From assembly GCA_020137815.1 (NCBI GenBank), contig CM035351.1:124001-188000 (forward strand): a DNA stretch of 64,000 nt, written 5' to 3'. Made by a program: the position numbers and the translations under genes. The first letter of the stretch is position 1, and every line of letters starts with the position of its first letter. The stretch is from Hormiphora californensis. Lineage: Eukaryota; Animalia; Ctenophora. This document shows positions 60,141 to 64,000 of the stretch, one piece after another. The notes under the pieces are model-generated. The model did not search any database, was not told where the DNA came from, and was given only the letters and a program-made list of their open reading frames with translations.

Positions 60141-62657
60141 ATGTTAAACGAGGGGAATTTTACAACGTACCCAAGAATTCCCCAAAAAAGGGTAATGTTA
60201 CCATGGCAAACCACAAACAAGGGTACTAGCCCCTGGAAACCCAAAATAAGCTAATAGAAACCAAGGGTAGAAACCAGGTTCCCATTTTAACTATGACTTG
60301 TCCCCTTTAAAGTGTGGTTCAGGATGGTCTTTTTTTTAATTACATACCGGTACTACTAGATAATATCAAGGGGAGACTATAAACACCCCCCCCCCCTCTC
60401 TCAGGGTGCAATAGTGTTGTACACTGGGGAGGACTATGTCATGACACCCCCCCCTCTCTCAGGGTGCAATAGTGTTGTACACTGGGGAGGACTATGTCAT
60501 GACACACTACCCCCCCTCTCAGGGTGCAATAGTGTTGTACACGGGTGAGGACTATGTCATGACACACTATACCCCCCCCTCTCAGGGTGCAATAGTTTTG
60601 TACACTGGTGAGGACTATGTAATGACACTAACCCCCCCTCTCTCAGGGTGCAATAGTGTTGTACACCGGTGAGGACTATGTAATGACACTAACCCCCCCC
60701 TCTCAGGGTGCAATAGTGTTGTACACTGGTGAGGACTATGTAATGACACCCCCCCCCTCTCTCAGGGTGCAATAGTGTTGTACACTGGGGAGGACTATGT
60801 CATGACACACTCCCCCCCCCCCTCTCAGGGTGCAATAGTGTTGTACACTGGTGAGGACTATGTAATGACAGAACAGATTTCTACAATGACACATGGTCAC
60901 CCTACCACTACTACTACAACTGAGATCAGTCACGCTGATCTGGGAAACCTCCGACGAAACATCCTGACATATGGGGCTGACCAGGTAGGTACTAATTTAC
61001 TTGGTAATTTTATAATAGCGGTCTGTAGCAGTAGACTTAGGGTCACCACACACCAAAGTTAAAATTAAAATTAAAATTTTGATTTTAAACCCGCACACAC
61101 CAGCGGCCGTTAAAATTTCTCTCCCCCATTCTTAAAGTAACAATCTCGCGCGCGATTTTGACGGCGTGTTAAAATTTTGTCATCCAACGGCCAACGCGAC
61201 CGTCAAAATCGTGCGTGAGATTGTTTCTTTTAGAATGGGGAGAGAAATTTTAACGGCCGCTGGTGTGTGCGGGTTTAAAATCAAAATTTTAATTTTAATT
61301 TTAACTTTGGTGTGTGGTGACCCATAGATATGGAGTTGGTGACAGCGCCAGGTGTCTGTGTTACCAAGAAGTAAGTAAGTAAGATATGGAGGCGATATAT
61401 CAAGTAGTATACTTGTAATGAATGGATAATATATAGCCCTCCCAACACCTACCTTATTTAGAAGACCACCACTGCTACTACTGCTGAGGCGGAGGATGAG
61501 GAGGCTTATTTCAAGTTTACCAAACCCAATCCTAACGACGTGTTTCTGAATGAGTGCACTCGGCCTGGAGCTCTTCCTGAGGTTTATCTTGAGGACCTGA
61601 AACACAAAACACGGTGAGAAAGAGAGAGAGAGAAAGGGAGGGGGTGTATCACAAAATACGGTACTTTGTAACTTCTCGAAGGAATTCAGACAAACGAGGG
61701 GGACACGGTTTTCTAGTTTACTAGTTTTCTAGTCAGAGAGAGAGAGAGAGAGTACCCCCCCCCCCCCCCCTGAGTATTATTATACTCGTCTGGAGCACAC
61801 ATGTCCCCCTTCCCCCCGTACCAGATTGTACTCCAAGACCCAGAAACAAACGACATGTAGACTCCAGAAGTTTGAGGGCCGGCCCCGGTCAGTTCGGAAC
61901 ATCCCCACAACCCCAGTACAACCTCCCTCCTCTGAGGGGTGCCAGGGAGAGAAGAGGAGGTTAATGAGACCCCCCTCTGCACCCCCCACTGTTCCAATGC
62001 CGTCTGTTGAGAAGAGAAGGACAGAGATCATCAGGGACCAGATGAAACAAATAGATGCCGCTCAGAGGAGGGAGAAAATGAAGTTCAATGATTTCGAACT
62101 CGTCGCATCCCTACCAGAACACTTTAAAGTTAAAGGTACGTGATTGTAGTTCCACTAGTTAAAGGTACCACGCGGGGCCCAAAAAACAAGCTCTTACTCA
62201 ACAACCATTACGTGTCAGGTACCCCTAACTATCCCATTACATCAGGTCTTGGAGGGAACGATTTACCGCGGAGAGCTCATTCAAGTCCTGTCTACAAAAC
62301 CAAGTTCCACGAGGACAAGACCTTTGTACAAAGCCAATCTGAGTCTCTACCACTCTTTGTCGTGACTTCAACCCCTGCCAAGAACAGTACTAACCCTTAC
62401 AAATCCACGGTGTGTACATGGGGGGGGACCTCTTAGAGAACTCCAACTTCATTAAAAACACGCTCATTATATATTTCCCTAATTCAGGACTACAAGTTTT
62501 AACAACTTCGTTATGTCCACTGTCCCCCAGGATTACAAGTTAATCAAGGCGAAGTATGAGTCTCGTGCCAGGACAGACAGTATAAAGACAGACAGTGAAG
62601 CGGACAGTAATAAACTGGACATCTCTTCCCAGGATTTTGATAAGAATATCATTAGGG
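60141..62657 (+). CDS. Uncharacterised protein, 3'-partial; exons approx. 60141-60191, 60829-60984, 61462-61613, 61825-62135, 62246-~62411, 62488-62657
   Basis: Phase-compatible GT-AG exons give a continuous reading (MLNEGNFTTYPRIPQKR-GAIVLYTGEDYV...LRRNILTYGADQ-KTTT...RPGALPEVYL...). Confidence 0.6.
60385..60870. repeat. ~60-bp tandem array (8 copies) of a splice acceptor plus exon start
   Basis: Unit poly-C-TCTCAG|GGTGCAATAGTGTTGTACACTGGKGAGGACTATGTMATGACA. Confidence 0.92.
61040..61323. mobile_element. Palindromic MITE, copy 2
   Basis: Near-identical to 36989-37265; flanks TTA/ATA. Confidence 0.88.
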
Positions 62658-63997
62658 GTAAGTTACTATTAGTGTCATTAGGGGTAAGTTACTGTTAGTG
62701 TCATTAGGGGTAAGTTACTGTTAGTGTCATTAGGGGTAAGTTACTGTTAGTGTCATTAGGGGTAAGTTACTGTTAGTGTCATTAGGGGTAAGTTACTGTT
62801 AGTGTCATTAGGGGTAAGTTACTGTTAGTGTCATTAGGGGTAAGTTACTGTTAGTGTCATTAGGGGTAAGTTACTGTTAGTGTCATTAGGGGTAAGTTAC
62901 TGTTAGTGTCATTAGGGGTAAGTTACTGTTAGTGTCATTAGGGGTAAGTTACTGTTAGTGTCATTAGGGGTAAGTTACTGTTAGTGTCATTAGGGGTAAG
63001 TTACTGTTAGTGTCATTAGGGGTAAGTTACTGTTAGTGTCATTAGGGGTAAGTTACTGTTAGTGTCATTAGGGGTAAGTTACTGTTAGTGTCATTAGGGG
63101 TAAGTTACTGTTAGTGTCATTAGGGGTAAGTTACTGTTAGTGTCATTAGGGGTAAGTTACTGTTAGTGTCATTAGGGGTAAGTTACTGTTAGTGTCATTA
63201 GGGGTAAGTTACTGTTAGTGTCATTAGGGGTAAGTTACTGTTAGTGTCATTAGGGGTAAGTTACTGTTAGTGTCATTAGGGGTAAGTTACTGTTAGTGTC
63301 ATTAGGGGTAAGTTACTGTTAGTGTCATTAGGGGTAAGTTACTGTTAGTGTCATTAGGGGTAAGTTACTGTTAGTGTCATTAGGGGTAAGTTACTGTTAG
63401 TGTCATTAGGGGTAAGTTACTGTTAGTGTCATTAGGGGTAAGTTACTGTTAGTGTCATTAGGGGTAAGTTACTGTTAGTGTCATTAGGGGTAAGTTACTG
63501 TTAGTGTCATTAGGGGTAAGTTACTGTTAGTGTCATTAGGGGTAAGTTACTGTTAGTGTCATTAGGGGTAAGTTACTGTTAGTGTCATTAGGGGTAAGTT
63601 ACTGTTAGTGTCATTAGGGGTAAGTTACTGTTAGTGTCATTAGGGGTAAGTTACTGTTAGTGTCATTAGGGGTAAGTTACTGTTAGTGTCATTAGGAGTA
63701 AGTTACTGTTAGTGTCATTAGGGGTAAGTTACTGTTAGTGTCATTAGGGGTAAGTTACTGTTAGTGTCATTAGGGGTAAGTTACTGTTAGTGTCATTAGG
63801 GGTAAGTTACTGTTAGTGTCATTAGGGGTAAGTTACTGTTAGTGTCATTAGGGGTAAGTTACTGTTAGTGTCATTAGGGGTAAGTTACTGCTAGTGTCAT
63901 TAGGAGTAAGTTACTGTTAGTGTCATTAGGGGTAAGTTACTGTTAGTGTCATTAGGGGTAAGTTACTGTTAGTGTCATTAGGGGTAAGTTACTGTTA
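62649..63997. repeat. 26-bp tandem array of a splice donor junction, ~52 copies, reaching the window end
   Basis: Unit TCATTAGGG|GTAAGTTACTGTTAGTG; first unit overlaps the exon end. Confidence 0.97.
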
Positions 63998-64000
63998 CTG

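Overview
Repeat-rich eukaryotic (animal) genomic DNA. It is probably from a ctenophore; this is an inference from a recognisable 'WDLEGTPLQIKTDS' domain exon and an interspersed repeat I associate with pleurobrachiid genomes. Contents: (1) the 3' ~14 exons of a Golgi alpha-mannosidase II (GH38) gene (8324-25084, +), whose introns are filled with satellites, foldback elements and a nested Helitron. (2) An 11.3-kb composite transposon (25556-36815): two foldback elements share one outer 9-bp TSD and enclose two host-type genes, an intronless 7TM protein and a secreted domain protein. (3) An intact, young 15.7-kb env-bearing Ty3/Gypsy provirus on the minus strand (37970-53642). It has two accessory ORFs, a Gag with a RanBP2-type zinc finger instead of a CCHC knuckle, a -1 gag-pol frameshift site, a class I fusion Env, and a splice acceptor directly upstream of each start codon (ORF-A, ORF-B, gag, env). 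(4) Exons of a sushi/CCP-domain gene and of an uncharacterised gene. Several tandem arrays are amplified copies of exon-intron junctions. All calls come from reading the sequence by eye; no database searches were run.
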